Shown here piece after piece: positions 8,701 through 17,189 of a DNA stretch of 43,534 bases. The stretch is taken from positions 1 through 43,534 of the forward strand of contig VGYV01000002.1 in NCBI GenBank assembly GCA_016872855.1. The letters run 5' to 3'. The notes below the pieces were generated by a model. It was given only the letters and a program-made list of their open reading frames with translations, did not search any database and was not told the DNA's origin. The position numbers were made by a program, and so were the translations under genes. Position 1 is the stretch's first letter, and every line of letters begins with the position of its first letter. The stretch is from Planctomycetota bacterium (GTDB lineage: Bacteria > Planctomycetota > PUPC01 > DSUN01).

Positions 8701-9985
8701 CCCGCCATCATACTATGCCCTGCGCCGTCTCGTTCGCAGCCCCGGGCTGGAGGGCGACCCGCGCGTCGTGCCCCCCGGCGACTACCACGCCGACACCAAT
8801 CCCATCGTCCGCATGCTCCGACAGGGGCATCAGGGCGTCCAACTCGACGAGGAGGCCTGGGACCGCCTGGTGACGTGGCTGGACATGAACGCCCCCGCCT
8901 ATGGCACATGGCTCGAAGTGCCCTCCGTGAAGGGCAATCCAGCGGTTCGCCACTGCTCCGTCCGCCGTCGCGAGCTCCTCAAGCGATACGCGGGGCTCGA
9001 CGACGACCCCGAAGCCGCGAGCTACGAGCCACGAGCCGCGAGCCCGAAGCCGAACCCGCGACCCCCAACACCGGCCCCCCAACACCCGGCCGTCCCAGGA
9101 TGGCCCTTCGACGCCGAGGAGGCCAAGCGGCGCCAGGCCGGCGCGGAGGCCGAGATGGACGCCGAGCTAGGGACAGGGGTGAAGCTGCGCCTCGTGTTCA
9201 TCCCAGCCGGGGAGTTCGTCATGGGCGATCCCGCCGGCTGTGCCAACGAAGGGCCGCCGTGCAAGGTGAGGATCGAGAGCCCGTTCTGGATGGGCAAGGT
9301 CGAAGTGACCAACGAGCAGTTCCGCTGCTTCGACCCGTCGCACCAGAGCGGCGTCGAGCCGATGCTCTGGCTGAAGTGGAGCTGGGAGGACTACGCGGAC
9401 CTGAGCCTGCCCCGCCAGCCGGTCTGCCGGGTGTCCTGGGAGGAGGCTGCCGCCTTCTGCCGCTGGCTGTCCCAGAAGACGGGCAAGAGCTTCGCCCTCC
9501 CCAGCGAAGCCCAGTGGGAGTGGGCCTGCCGTGCGGGGACCGACACCGCGCTGAGCTTTGGCCCCCGGGGCACTGACTCCGCCCCCTACGCGAACCTGGC
9601 CGACGCGGCGCTGGTCGGCCTGTCGAAGTGGCCGAGGACCCAGGTCGGGTTCTCAAGGACCGAGCGGGTCAGGCAGTTCTACATGGTGGACAGCGTAGAC
9701 GACGGGCAACAGGTCTCGGCAGCGGTCGGGTCCTACAGGCCGAACGCCTGGGGCCTCCAGGACATGCACGGCAACGTATCGGAATGGACCCGCAGCGCGT
9801 GCCTGCCGTATCCCTTCCGCGCCGACGATCCGCGCCACGCCCAGCCCGGCCTTCGCCGGGCCGTTCGCGGCGGCTCGTGGTTCGTCCGCTCCGACCTGGC
9901 GCGTTCGGCCTGCCGCGCCAGCCACTGGCCGTGGCAGCGGGTGTTCGACGTCGGCTTTAGAGTGGTGTGTGAGAGCGAGAAGTGA
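5729..9985 (+). CDS. Very large secreted multidomain protein: lectin/LamG-like N-domain, coiled region, hydrazine-synthase-alpha-like / TolB-like beta-propeller with two CXXCH motifs, and a C-terminal FGE-sulfatase (SUMF1/EgtB/PvdO) domain
   Basis: GTG 5729 after GGGGAGGAAG. Signal-like WRLVAITVLMLCGAAPKGLAAG. Propeller-like FQIFEIGVDGKGLRQVT...NYDSCYLADGRIVYGSS...LFVMNGDGSGVRRLCFDQDHDFYPTMMSDGRVLYTRWEY. CIGCH at 8468-8482 and CVGCH at 8618-8632. C-terminal FIPAGEFVMGD...VSWEEAAAFCRWLS...SEAQWEWACRAG...NAWGLQDMHGNVSEWT...VRGGSW. Confidence 0.85.
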   Translation: MPRGSHSWRLVAITVLMLCGAAPKGLAAGPERHAFACDFTKGLGKEWRMIGGKWELKGGCLSMTDPGSSDPTKALILMGEGHNVSSDVVITAKLRLDAWAGDDWARAGVGVCADPASGHGLNLVFHRGKLEFVHDYVEWGPGREFRFRPGEWYWMTLHKTATEMSGKAWREGEPEPADWMVIWRKDVAKVTGYPALVGCSASPDKRVSAVSFAQCEVRVGGGPFGYYIRQATWHETLAASREALARQEAELAGKWKEPLGAAKARREGLWGLLQRDFGGEALREMAAERQDNIWAEDWPFDKPAVLAERYANATRAGLAARAHELAKSVRELSDLEPVRELYYRSREVEKTLAGWGANVEALRRAVEDLTRAYGAGYPKGPQYLRQLSELRDTVAGALRTPAQPGDAEKLQDAAQRFESLRREALLSNPLLDFERLLLVKRRDARSYRPIPSFRVHGIGSGPENHLNGLPVNFQGNGVLREVPIDNEIAVLSLARAGGELTTVFRPEKLAYVGDLKLHFDADRLLFSSIGSHSRFQIFEIGVDGKGLRQVTRGEETDVDNYDSCYLADGRIVYGSSAPFQSVPCQRRHDEVANLFVMNGDGSGVRRLCFDQDHDFYPTMMSDGRVLYTRWEYTDIAHAFSARLFTMNPDGTAQRAYYASSSFWPNRIFYAKPIPDHPTKFVGIITGHHGVARAGELILFDVAKGRRQADGVVQRMPGWGKKVEAVLRDALVDGSWPKFLHPYPLSDKYFLVACQPTSQAWWGIYLVDIFDNMLLLREEEGWMLVEPVPLRPTPRPPVIPDRVDIESKEPTVYLSDIYAGEGLRGIPRGTVKKLRLFTYHFNYFGTSGIEDYLGMDGPWDVRRVLGTVPVAEDGSAYFSVPANTPIALQPLDAEGKALQLMRSWFTAMPGEAVSCIGCHEDTNTSPPVQRPKALSGEPSRIKPWHGPVRGFSWDREVQPTIDKYCVGCHDDKTPPDLRRAPPRPFPLSSAPFPPSYYALRRLVRSPGLEGDPRVVPPGDYHADTNPIVRMLRQGHQGVQLDEEAWDRLVTWLDMNAPAYGTWLEVPSVKGNPAVRHCSVRRRELLKRYAGLDDDPEAASYEPRAASPKPNPRPPTPAPQHPAVPGWPFDAEEAKRRQAGAEAEMDAELGTGVKLRLVFIPAGEFVMGDPAGCANEGPPCKVRIESPFWMGKVEVTNEQFRCFDPSHQSGVEPMLWLKWSWEDYADLSLPRQPVCRVSWEEAAAFCRWLSQKTGKSFALPSEAQWEWACRAGTDTALSFGPRGTDSAPYANLADAALVGLSKWPRTQVGFSRTERVRQFYMVDSVDDGQQVSAAVGSYRPNAWGLQDMHGNVSEWTRSACLPYPFRADDPRHAQPGLRRAVRGGSWFVRSDLARSACRASHWPWQRVFDVGFRVVCESEK

Positions 9986-10021
9986 GGCGCTCAGTCCTCA
10001 TGGCCTGAGAGGAGGCCTGAC

Positions 10022-13000
10022 ATGGCCCGTCGCGCTCGTGCCGCAGCGCTTGCGCTGGCGTGGGCAAGCGCCGCCGGTGCGGAGACCCTCACAATCCGCG
10101 AGCAACTGAACCAGACCTACGGCCGGGAGCTGGTGAGCTTCCCCTTCGCTGCCAAGGAGGGCGCCTGCGTCGCCGATTCGGTGCGCCTCGCCGGCCCAGA
10201 CGGCCCCGTGGCGGCGCAACTCACCGACATCGAGTACTGGCCCGGCGATAAGAAGCACGTGAAGTCTGCGCGGCTGTGCTTCATTGTGGAAGGGCTGAAG
10301 CCCCTGGCCTCCGCCCAATACACCCTGACCTATGGCCCGAAGAAGGCGACGCCCCCCGTGGCGACGGACCTCCAGGTCAAGGCCACCAGCAGGCAAGTGG
10401 AGATCACAACCAGCCAGGTCGGCGTCAGGCTCCCGCTGGGGCGGTATGAATTCACCATGCCGCCCGCGGTGGGCAACGTGCCCAGCCCGATGTTGGCCAT
10501 GCGTCTCGGTGCGGCAGCCTGGGCAGGCGGCAGCGCGTTGATCGGCGACGCGAAACTCACACCGTGGGCGGCCGAAGTCATCGAGAACGGCACCGTTCTG
10601 GCGCGAGTGCGCGTCACGTACACATTCCCGAACGGTTATGCAGCAGCGTTCGTCGCCACGGTCGTGGCCGGAGACAACGCGGTGCGCTGGGACATGGCGG
10701 TGCCACAGCACCCTCCCGACTTTGAGGTCGAGTTCCGCCTGCCGCCGGTGCCGGGGGTCAAGCAGGCCGTGACCCTGCAAGGCTACGGGCAGTGGTCGCG
10801 CTCGGACCGCACGGCGCACCTGACGCCCGGCGACCAGCCGTTCACCTGGCTCTGCCCGAACACCAGCATCGCCAACATCTTCCCTGACTGCTCGCAGGCG
10901 GTGAAGCTCGCCGCCGAAGGCGGCCAGGAGCTGCGCATCACCTCCCGCGACCCTGCGTGCTGGGCCGACCCCGTGGCGCCCATGACCTATGGCGGCTTCA
11001 AGACCTGGGACCTCGACATGATCCCGAAGTCGTGGGAGAACTGGAAGCGCAAGCGGCTGCCCCTCACATATGCCCAGGATGGCACGGTGACGCTCAGGGC
11101 CACGCTCGCCAAGGGCCAGCGGAAGTGGTCGGTCAGCAACGGCGCGCCAATCGTGGGCGATAGCCTCGACCGCGTGAAGGACATGGTGCTCGACTGGCCG
11201 GCCGACCCCAAGCAGCCGCATCCCCGCCTGTTCGTGGACAAGGCCGAGCTCGAGGACATCTGGAAGCGCGCGCGCACCGACCCCGAGCTGGCGAAGTCGA
11301 TCAACCGAAACGAGGATGCCGCCCGAATCCTCCGCGTGCTCTCCAATCCCCGCCTCCAGGTGCCCAGGAAGGAGGTGGAGACCGCCCTCAAGCCCCTCCG
11401 CGATTTCCTCTCGAAGCTGGGCAACTTCGACGTCATGCGCAGCGCCATCCGCACCGCAGCCATGTACGACGCGGCCATTGACTCCCCTTTCCTCCTCCCT
11501 GAGGACCGCACCCTCCTGCGCGCCCAGATGGCCTATCTCGCCTACCAACTGGCCGACCCGCAGACGTGGGACATGGAGCGCGGCTACCACTCGGGCAACC
11601 CCAACATGAGCTGTTCCTATACCCTATCGCTCGGCGTCGTCGCTGCCGCCCTCCGCGACCACCCGATGGCCAAGACGTGGGCTGCCCGCGCCACGCAGTG
11701 GGAGGACAAGTGGCTCGCCGACGAGGTGGGGCCGAACGGCGAATGGCTGCCCGAAGGCTCGCACTACGGCTTCGTCTCCCTCGAGCCCCTCGTCGCCTAC
11801 GCCGTCGCAGCCCAGCGCGCCGGCTTCCACGACTTCACCAACGACCCGCGCCTGAAGAAGCTCCTGCTCTACTTCGCCAAGACCCAGACCCCGCGTGACC
11901 CCCAACGGGGCAACCTTCGCGCCTCGGGCGCCTGGGGCCGCGGCACCAGCGGCGACAAGCACGCCGTCTTCGGCGTCGCTGCGCGGTTGGCCGCCAAGTC
12001 CGACCCCGCCTTCTCCCGAATCATGCAGTGGACGTGGGCCGAGCTGGGGTACCCCACCTTCATGGGCGACGGCCGCCTCGGCGGCTTCGAGCCTTACTGC
12101 CAAGACCGCCGCCTCCCCGCGCAGCCGCCCGCCTGGTCCACCGACCTCTTCCCCAACCTCGGCGTCTTCTTCGGCTCAGCCCACGCCACCCCGCACGAGA
12201 GCTATCTCATCTTCCTGTCGCACACCGACTCGCAGCGAAACCTGGACGTGTGGACGCCAGGCATCGGCGGCTTCTCGCAGTGGTTCGGCCGCGGCAAGCC
12301 CCTGAGCACCTGCTTCAACAACGACACGGGCTACGCGGTTCGCCACGAGCTGCTCCGCGACGGCGTCCGCCTTGCCCGCAACTGGGGCCAGCCCGGCGAC
12401 CCCAAGGGTCCCTTCGGCCACTACACCAGGACTGAGCCCCAGGCCGTCGCCCTTCAGCCCCGCGCCGACTACGTTCGCTCCCGCTTCACCTACACCAGGG
12501 CCGATGACCGCGACTGGTTCCCTAAGCCCGAGCCGCCCGCCTTCCCGCGTGTTGCGCCCACCAAGGAAGCCAGGCTCGACTGGACACGGCAGGTCCTCTT
12601 CGTCAAGGACGCCGACCGTGCCGGCCCGACCTACATCATCGTTCGCGACACCACCCTCGGTGGCCAGCCCACGGCCTGGCAGTTCTGGACCCTCTCGGAG
12701 GGCATTGGGGAGCCTGGGAGCTTGTGCGACAAGCCCGGCCCCAATCTCCTCCCCGCCCGCGAGCTGCCCGCCGGGAGCCGCTACACAGCTATCGGGCAGC
12801 TCAATATGGACGTGGAGTTCTTCGTCGCCAGCCCGGCCGCCACCCCGCGCCACACGCTCCGCTACGGTGGCCTCGACAACAATCGCGTGCCCGAATACCA
12901 GGACCTGTTGCACCTCCAGCAGCCCGGCGACGGCGCGTACTACGTCGCCATCTTCCCGCGCCCGCGGGGGGAGAAGGGCCCGGAATTCGCCGCGCTGGCC

Positions 13001-13405
13001 GACGGGAAGCTGATCAAGGTGGCTGGGGCGTCCGGGACGGATTACGCCCTGCTCGCGACCGACGCGACGACGGCCGCTGCCGAGGACGTGCGCGTGGCCG
13101 GCACAGCAGCCGCGGTCCAGGTGCGGCCCGCCGGCGCCACCCTCACCCTCGGCGCGGCGGGCCGGGTGCAGTGGAAGGCATTCGGCCTGCACGCCGAGCG
13201 CCCCGCCATGCTGCACGTCGCGCCGGACGCCCTGGCACTCTCCGTGCCAGCGGACGCCCCCGGCGGTGACGTGAAGATCATCGCTCCTGCCGGCTGGACA
13301 CTGAGAGAGCCGGTGCCAGGAGTCAAGCTGGCCCCCGCCGCCGACGGCTACGCCCTCACGCTGCCCGCGGGCGCGCTCACCGTGACACTCGCCAGGGGGA
13401 AGTGA
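10022..13405 (+). CDS. Large secreted protein, possibly polysaccharide-lyase-like (heparinase II/III-type fold); function uncertain
   Basis: GAGAGGAGG then ATG 10022. Signal peptide MARRARAAALALAWASAAGAE. Uniform coding-type G/C at third positions over 1127 codons. The central alpha-helical region (...GEWLPEGSHYGFVSLEPLVAYAVAAQRAGFHDF...) resembles heparinase II/III / alginate-lyase-type proteins, but this is recognised only weakly. Confidence 0.7.
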   Translation: MARRARAAALALAWASAAGAETLTIREQLNQTYGRELVSFPFAAKEGACVADSVRLAGPDGPVAAQLTDIEYWPGDKKHVKSARLCFIVEGLKPLASAQYTLTYGPKKATPPVATDLQVKATSRQVEITTSQVGVRLPLGRYEFTMPPAVGNVPSPMLAMRLGAAAWAGGSALIGDAKLTPWAAEVIENGTVLARVRVTYTFPNGYAAAFVATVVAGDNAVRWDMAVPQHPPDFEVEFRLPPVPGVKQAVTLQGYGQWSRSDRTAHLTPGDQPFTWLCPNTSIANIFPDCSQAVKLAAEGGQELRITSRDPACWADPVAPMTYGGFKTWDLDMIPKSWENWKRKRLPLTYAQDGTVTLRATLAKGQRKWSVSNGAPIVGDSLDRVKDMVLDWPADPKQPHPRLFVDKAELEDIWKRARTDPELAKSINRNEDAARILRVLSNPRLQVPRKEVETALKPLRDFLSKLGNFDVMRSAIRTAAMYDAAIDSPFLLPEDRTLLRAQMAYLAYQLADPQTWDMERGYHSGNPNMSCSYTLSLGVVAAALRDHPMAKTWAARATQWEDKWLADEVGPNGEWLPEGSHYGFVSLEPLVAYAVAAQRAGFHDFTNDPRLKKLLLYFAKTQTPRDPQRGNLRASGAWGRGTSGDKHAVFGVAARLAAKSDPAFSRIMQWTWAELGYPTFMGDGRLGGFEPYCQDRRLPAQPPAWSTDLFPNLGVFFGSAHATPHESYLIFLSHTDSQRNLDVWTPGIGGFSQWFGRGKPLSTCFNNDTGYAVRHELLRDGVRLARNWGQPGDPKGPFGHYTRTEPQAVALQPRADYVRSRFTYTRADDRDWFPKPEPPAFPRVAPTKEARLDWTRQVLFVKDADRAGPTYIIVRDTTLGGQPTAWQFWTLSEGIGEPGSLCDKPGPNLLPARELPAGSRYTAIGQLNMDVEFFVASPAATPRHTLRYGGLDNNRVPEYQDLLHLQQPGDGAYYVAIFPRPRGEKGPEFAALADGKLIKVAGASGTDYALLATDATTAAAEDVRVAGTAAAVQVRPAGATLTLGAAGRVQWKAFGLHAERPAMLHVAPDALALSVPADAPGGDVKIIAPAGWTLREPVPGVKLAPAADGYALTLPAGALTVTLARGK

Positions 13406-13429
13406 AACCCACGTCGCGATTTGGGGCGG

Positions 13430-14929
13430 TCACTTCTTTCCCTGAAGCTGCTTTCGCAACTCCTCGGCCTTCGGCTTCAGGGCTGGGTCGAGCGCAAGGG
13501 CCCGGTCGAGCTTCTCAAGCGCCTCGGCGGCCTTGCCCAATGCCGCCAGAGCCAAGCCCCAGTTGATGTACGCCTCTGCATAGCGGGGGTTGGCCTCGGC
13601 CGCCTTCGCGAACTTCTCGCAGGCCTCTCCCGCCTTGCCCATCGCACGCAGCGCCACGCCCCAATTCGAGTAGGCCTCGGCGTACTGCGGATTGGCCTCG
13701 ACCGCCCTGGCATACTTGTCGCAAGCCTCGGCGGCTCTGCCCATCGCACGCAGCGCCACGCCCCAATTCGAGTAGGCCTCTGCATATCGCGGGTTGATCT
13801 CGACCGCCTTGGCGTACTTCTCGCAGGCCTCCGACGCCTTGCCCATCGCCTCCAGCGCCACACCCCAGTTGGAGTAGGCCGCCGGGAACCGCGGGCATAT
13901 CTCCACCGCCTGGGCGAACTTCCCGCAGGCCGCCGCTGGCTTGCCCATCCCCTGGAGTGCCACCCCCCAGTTCGAGTAGGCCTCCGCGTGTCGCGGGTTG
14001 ATCTCGACCGCCCTGGCGAACTTCTCGCAGGCCGCCGACGGCTTGCCCATCGCCTCGAGCGCCGCGCCCCAGGCATCGAGCAGGGCACCCAGAGCGCTCG
14101 GGACGGGCAGGCTCACGAGGTGAATTCCTCCAATCTGGCTGAACCGCTGCGCTCCCAGCGCTTCCCGCAGATAGGCGTCGGTGTCGTGAACCTTCCCCTG
14201 TTGCGTGGACTCCATGTTGAAGCGCACGCTTCGGTCTTCGTATCGGACGAAGGCGTGCTCGGGCGCGATGACGAGGCAAAGCGGCATCCTCAGCCTCTGG
14301 CCGATGCACAGATACAGGAGCGAGAAGCCGAGGCAATCGCCCTCTTTCCGCTCGAGGAGATGGTCCGGCTCCCTGGCGCCCTCCTTGGTTGTGAGCCCCT
14401 CGCGCCCGAAGAGCTGCACGGCGATGAGCCGCGCTTTCTCCTGCGGCGTCTTCCCAGTCGCGGCGGCGGCAGCGACCCGCTCGATCAAGGCGTCGAGCTT
14501 GGCCTTGCAGGCGGGAACGTCGAGCTCACGGCTGAGGTCCCTGGCCATTCCGAGCCATTCCGCGGCCAGGTCCACGTCGTCGCCTGTGAGGAACTTCACG
14601 TGGGATGTTTGGAGAGTCCCCCGCCGGACATCCGTGCCAGCGCAGACAAGAACCTCGACCTCGTCGGCGCGACGCTCGACGACGCCGAACATGCGGCCCC
14701 TTTCAGCCGTGGCAACTACCTTGTCGCCGGCCCTCACCGGAGCATGGTCTGCAACGACGACGACGGTCTCCAGCCTGGCCTGAGGCGGGAGGGCTCTGTC
14801 TGGCAGGGGTGCCTCGGCAGCGCAGATATATCCGTGGCTGGCAAGAGCCAGCACAAGGGTCAGGTTTCGGGCGATATTGAGGGCGATAACGACCTTCGGG
14901 GGGGAGACTCTGAACGTCTGGCTTGGCAT
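13430..14929 (-). CDS. Secreted transglutaminase-like cysteine-protease-fold domain fused to a TPR array
   Basis: N-terminal signal (NLTLVLALASHGYICAAEA). Transglutaminase-core-like KEGDCLGFSLLYLCIGQRLRMPLCLVIAPEHAFVRYED. Then at least six 34-aa TPR units of the form AEAYSNWGVALxAMGKxxEACEKFAKAVEINPRY. Confidence 0.8.
   Translation of the reverse strand: MPSQTFRVSPPKVVIALNIARNLTLVLALASHGYICAAEAPLPDRALPPQARLETVVVVADHAPVRAGDKVVATAERGRMFGVVERRADEVEVLVCAGTDVRRGTLQTSHVKFLTGDDVDLAAEWLGMARDLSRELDVPACKAKLDALIERVAAAAATGKTPQEKARLIAVQLFGREGLTTKEGAREPDHLLERKEGDCLGFSLLYLCIGQRLRMPLCLVIAPEHAFVRYEDRSVRFNMESTQQGKVHDTDAYLREALGAQRFSQIGGIHLVSLPVPSALGALLDAWGAALEAMGKPSAACEKFARAVEINPRHAEAYSNWGVALQGMGKPAAACGKFAQAVEICPRFPAAYSNWGVALEAMGKASEACEKYAKAVEINPRYAEAYSNWGVALRAMGRAAEACDKYARAVEANPQYAEAYSNWGVALRAMGKAGEACEKFAKAAEANPRYAEAYINWGLALAALGKAAEALEKLDRALALDPALKPKAEELRKQLQGKK
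13556..14065. repeat. Five tandem 102-bp units (34-aa TPR repeats) inside the 13430..14929 CDS
   Basis: Unit starts at 13556, 13658, 13760, 13862 and 13964, each beginning (G/A/C)CCCCA(G/A)TT and ending ...GCCCATC(G/C)C...GC(C/G)AC. Long identical stretches such as GCCCCAATTCGAGTAGGCCTC recur. Degenerate units flank both sides. Confidence 0.85.
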
Positions 14930-14951
14930 GAGGAAGACGGCCTGTTGGCTC

Positions 14952-15662
14952 TCACCGAGCGCGCTTCACGCACCCGTGCCGCGTCCGCCGGAGCAACGCC
15001 AGCCCTGCCAACGCCAGCAGCGTCATGGATGTCGGCTCAGGAATCGCCGCCGCCGGCGCCGGTATGCCGGTGGCCCTGACCATGTTCACCCATTCGTAGC
15101 CAGCGAGATCCACGTACCAGCCGGCCTGATCGGCACTTGGGAGGTTGTCGAGGTCGGACCCGCCGCCACTGCTCCCGCCGACGTATGAGGGATAGAAGGG
15201 CCCGCCTCCGTAAGGCGGCAGGTAAGCTGCATCTTCGATCGCAGCCGGGACCGCGGCAACGCCGGTGCCGATGTACCCGCCCACGAAGAAGTAGGGGGTG
15301 GCCAACGTGTCGGGAATGTCCGCCACCACCCAGCGGGTGCCTGACCCCGTCGCCACAGCGTCCAGGAGCGCAGCCACCCTTGCGTCGGCGGGGTCCCCGC
15401 TGCTTCCGCTGTCGTTCCACAGCACAGCCCTGAACGGCGCACCCGCTGGCATACTGAGATCGAAGTAGATGGCCACTTCCGTGATGACTTCGCCGCCCGC
15501 CTGCCTGTCGAAGCGGTTCAGCCAGAAGAAATCCCAAGCCAGGCCCTGTCCTGCCGCCGCGTCCTGCGTGCCATCGTCGTACTGGTAGATCACGTCCCCG
15601 AACACGCACCCGGCCAAGCAGAGACCGACCAGCGCCAGAGACACTGAACGTCGCATTGTCAT
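14952..15662 (-). CDS. PEP-CTERM sorting-domain secreted protein
   Basis: AGGAG then ATG (15662 or 15656). Signal MTMRRSVSLALVGLCLAGCVFG. The C-terminus IPEPTSMTLLALAGLALLRRTRH fits the pattern PEP motif + TM helix + Arg cluster. Confidence 0.8.
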   Translation of the reverse strand: MTMRRSVSLALVGLCLAGCVFGDVIYQYDDGTQDAAAGQGLAWDFFWLNRFDRQAGGEVITEVAIYFDLSMPAGAPFRAVLWNDSGSSGDPADARVAALLDAVATGSGTRWVVADIPDTLATPYFFVGGYIGTGVAAVPAAIEDAAYLPPYGGGPFYPSYVGGSSGGGSDLDNLPSADQAGWYVDLAGYEWVNMVRATGIPAPAAAIPEPTSMTLLALAGLALLRRTRHGCVKRAR

Positions 15663-15837
15663 CTCCTTCTGACGGAAACATCGCCATGGACTGGTTGGAG
15701 AGAAGCAATTCTCGTGCCCGTGCATTCTCCCAAGGGGCGGTCTTACGCCGAAGTCGTAACTTCAACAGGGGGCACCACTTCTGGCGCGCATCCGACCCGC
15801 GGGCCACGCCCCCCCCAGGTCCGGAGCCACCCGGATG

Positions 15838-15946
15838 ACGGCTTACGTTGACAAGTGGCAACATGCAAGTCGCCACATTCCTGCACTCTCGCACGTTACC
15901 ACTTGCCTCATAAAGGCTTACGTCATGTTGACATTCGGCAACGTGG
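15838..15946. promoter_or_regulatory. Two copies of a roughly 25-nt motif, each containing an imperfect palindrome, in the leader/promoter region of the PEP-CTERM gene
   Basis: GGCTTACGTTGACAAGTGGCAACATG (about 15838-15865) and GGCTTACGTCATGTTGACATTCGGCAACGTG (about 15914-15946). Each core is GTTGAC-N4-GGCAAC (GTTG...CAAC palindromic ends) at 15847-15862 and 15927-15942. The region is visibly less GC-rich than its flanks. Confidence 0.4.
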
Positions 15947-15990
15947 GAACCGGGCAAATCAACATGCCCGTGCCCCCAGGATCCACACGA

Positions 15991-17112
15991 TTACTCCTTG
16001 GGCCTGGTGCGCTCGAAGAGGCGCCTGAGGGCGCGAGGGCCATAGGTCACGGCGATGCGAATGGGGTGGATAGCGTAGTACAGCGGGTGCAGGCACCTGG
16101 GCAGCGGCACGGCGAGGCGGTCCGTCCTGTTCGGCCTGAAGCCCTCGAGCAGGAGGCCCAGGCAGAAGCGTATCCTGTCGCGCAGCCGCTCCCTCGCGCG
16201 GAGCTGTGTGGCCCATCGTTCGACATTTCCGAAGGCGGCATGAGGTTCACACAAGATGAGGGGGCGAGCGGCAGCGACGAGGGGAAGCAGATGTTCATCC
16301 TTCGCCGCCAGCGCTGAGGTCTCGCCCGGCAGGGGCACGCCCAGCAGGTCCTGGGCAAGAAGGAGGCCCCAGAGGAGCCTTCGCCTGGTTCCCGTCTCCG
16401 TCGCCCGCGCCAGGACCCGAGCCCAGTCCATCTGGGGCTGCGTGGACATGAACTGCGCCAGGTCGCAGACCAGGACGAGGCGGTCCCAGCAGTGCCTCGA
16501 GCCGTGGGCGTAGAGAGCCAGGAGCATGTCCTCTGGGGCCAGCGCGGGCACCGTCGAGCCCAGGAGCGACACGGACCGCTGGCGGCCCCATACACTGGAG
16601 CTGCCGGACTCGGCGAACTCCCAGGAGTGCAGTTCCACTGTCAACCCACAATCTGCTCGTTCGAGATTCCAGCGGTACGATTTGTAGCCTTCGGAGATGA
16701 GAAGACGCCTGGCTCGCCTGAGGTCGCGCTTGCGGAGCAGGATGTCCAGGTCGGAGAATTCGCGGAACGCCACGTCTCCGTAGGCAGAGGCAGCGAGCAC
16801 GGGGCCTTTTAGGGGAATTGCCTGGAGCCCCTGCGCGTCGAACAGTTCCAGAATCCTCAGAAGCTCCGCCGCCATGGCCAGGTTGCGGATGGCGTTTCGC
16901 CGGCACTGGGCTGCAAGCTCCCTCAGACTTGTCTCGGGGACAGCCTCCGCGCAGGCCGCCGTCAGGCTGCGATAGAGCAGGGGAGTCACCCCGTTCCAAC
17001 GGGCCAGCGCCACAAGGTACGACCAGTCAATCTCCTGCTGGGCCAGGTACTTCACCCGGTCGGTCGCGCCGGGTTCCAGTTGGCTCCGTGCGCAGCAGAG
17101 AAGGAGTTCCAC
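15991..17112 (-). CDS. Uncharacterised nucleotidyltransferase family protein (NTP_transf_5-like)
   Basis: MELLLCCARSQLEP... N-terminus. PLKGPVLAASAYGDVAFREFSDLDILLRKRDLRRARRLLISEGY is the G-x-n-DLD polymerase-beta-type nucleotidyltransferase motif typical of this family. GTG start at 17112, TAA stop at 15991. Confidence 0.75.
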   Translation of the reverse strand: MELLLCCARSQLEPGATDRVKYLAQQEIDWSYLVALARWNGVTPLLYRSLTAACAEAVPETSLRELAAQCRRNAIRNLAMAAELLRILELFDAQGLQAIPLKGPVLAASAYGDVAFREFSDLDILLRKRDLRRARRLLISEGYKSYRWNLERADCGLTVELHSWEFAESGSSSVWGRQRSVSLLGSTVPALAPEDMLLALYAHGSRHCWDRLVLVCDLAQFMSTQPQMDWARVLARATETGTRRRLLWGLLLAQDLLGVPLPGETSALAAKDEHLLPLVAAARPLILCEPHAAFGNVERWATQLRARERLRDRIRFCLGLLLEGFRPNRTDRLAVPLPRCLHPLYYAIHPIRIAVTYGPRALRRLFERTRPKE

Positions 17113-17189
17113 CTCACGGCGCTGCGCCGTGGCAGCGTGGCTCGCCGGTCGCTCTGGCAGGGCTCATCTCCTGTCAAGGCTGCCTCGCG

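Noticed and set aside
9998-11590. 530-aa antisense ORF (and 12176..13216) opposite the 10022..13405 gene
   Set aside because: Same high-GC shadow-ORF pattern. The plus-strand frame has an SD, a signal peptide and coherent sequence.
13421-15079. 552-aa plus-strand ORF opposite the TPR and PEP-CTERM genes
   Set aside because: It is the antisense reading of the 102-bp TPR repeats (repetitive RLAHR... translation), with no start context. The minus-strand genes are well supported.
15846-15880. Possible sigma54 promoter (TGGCGAC...TTGCA on the minus strand) upstream of the PEP-CTERM gene
   Set aside because: The spacing between the GG and GC elements does not fit the TGGCAC-N5-TTGC consensus in either possible register.
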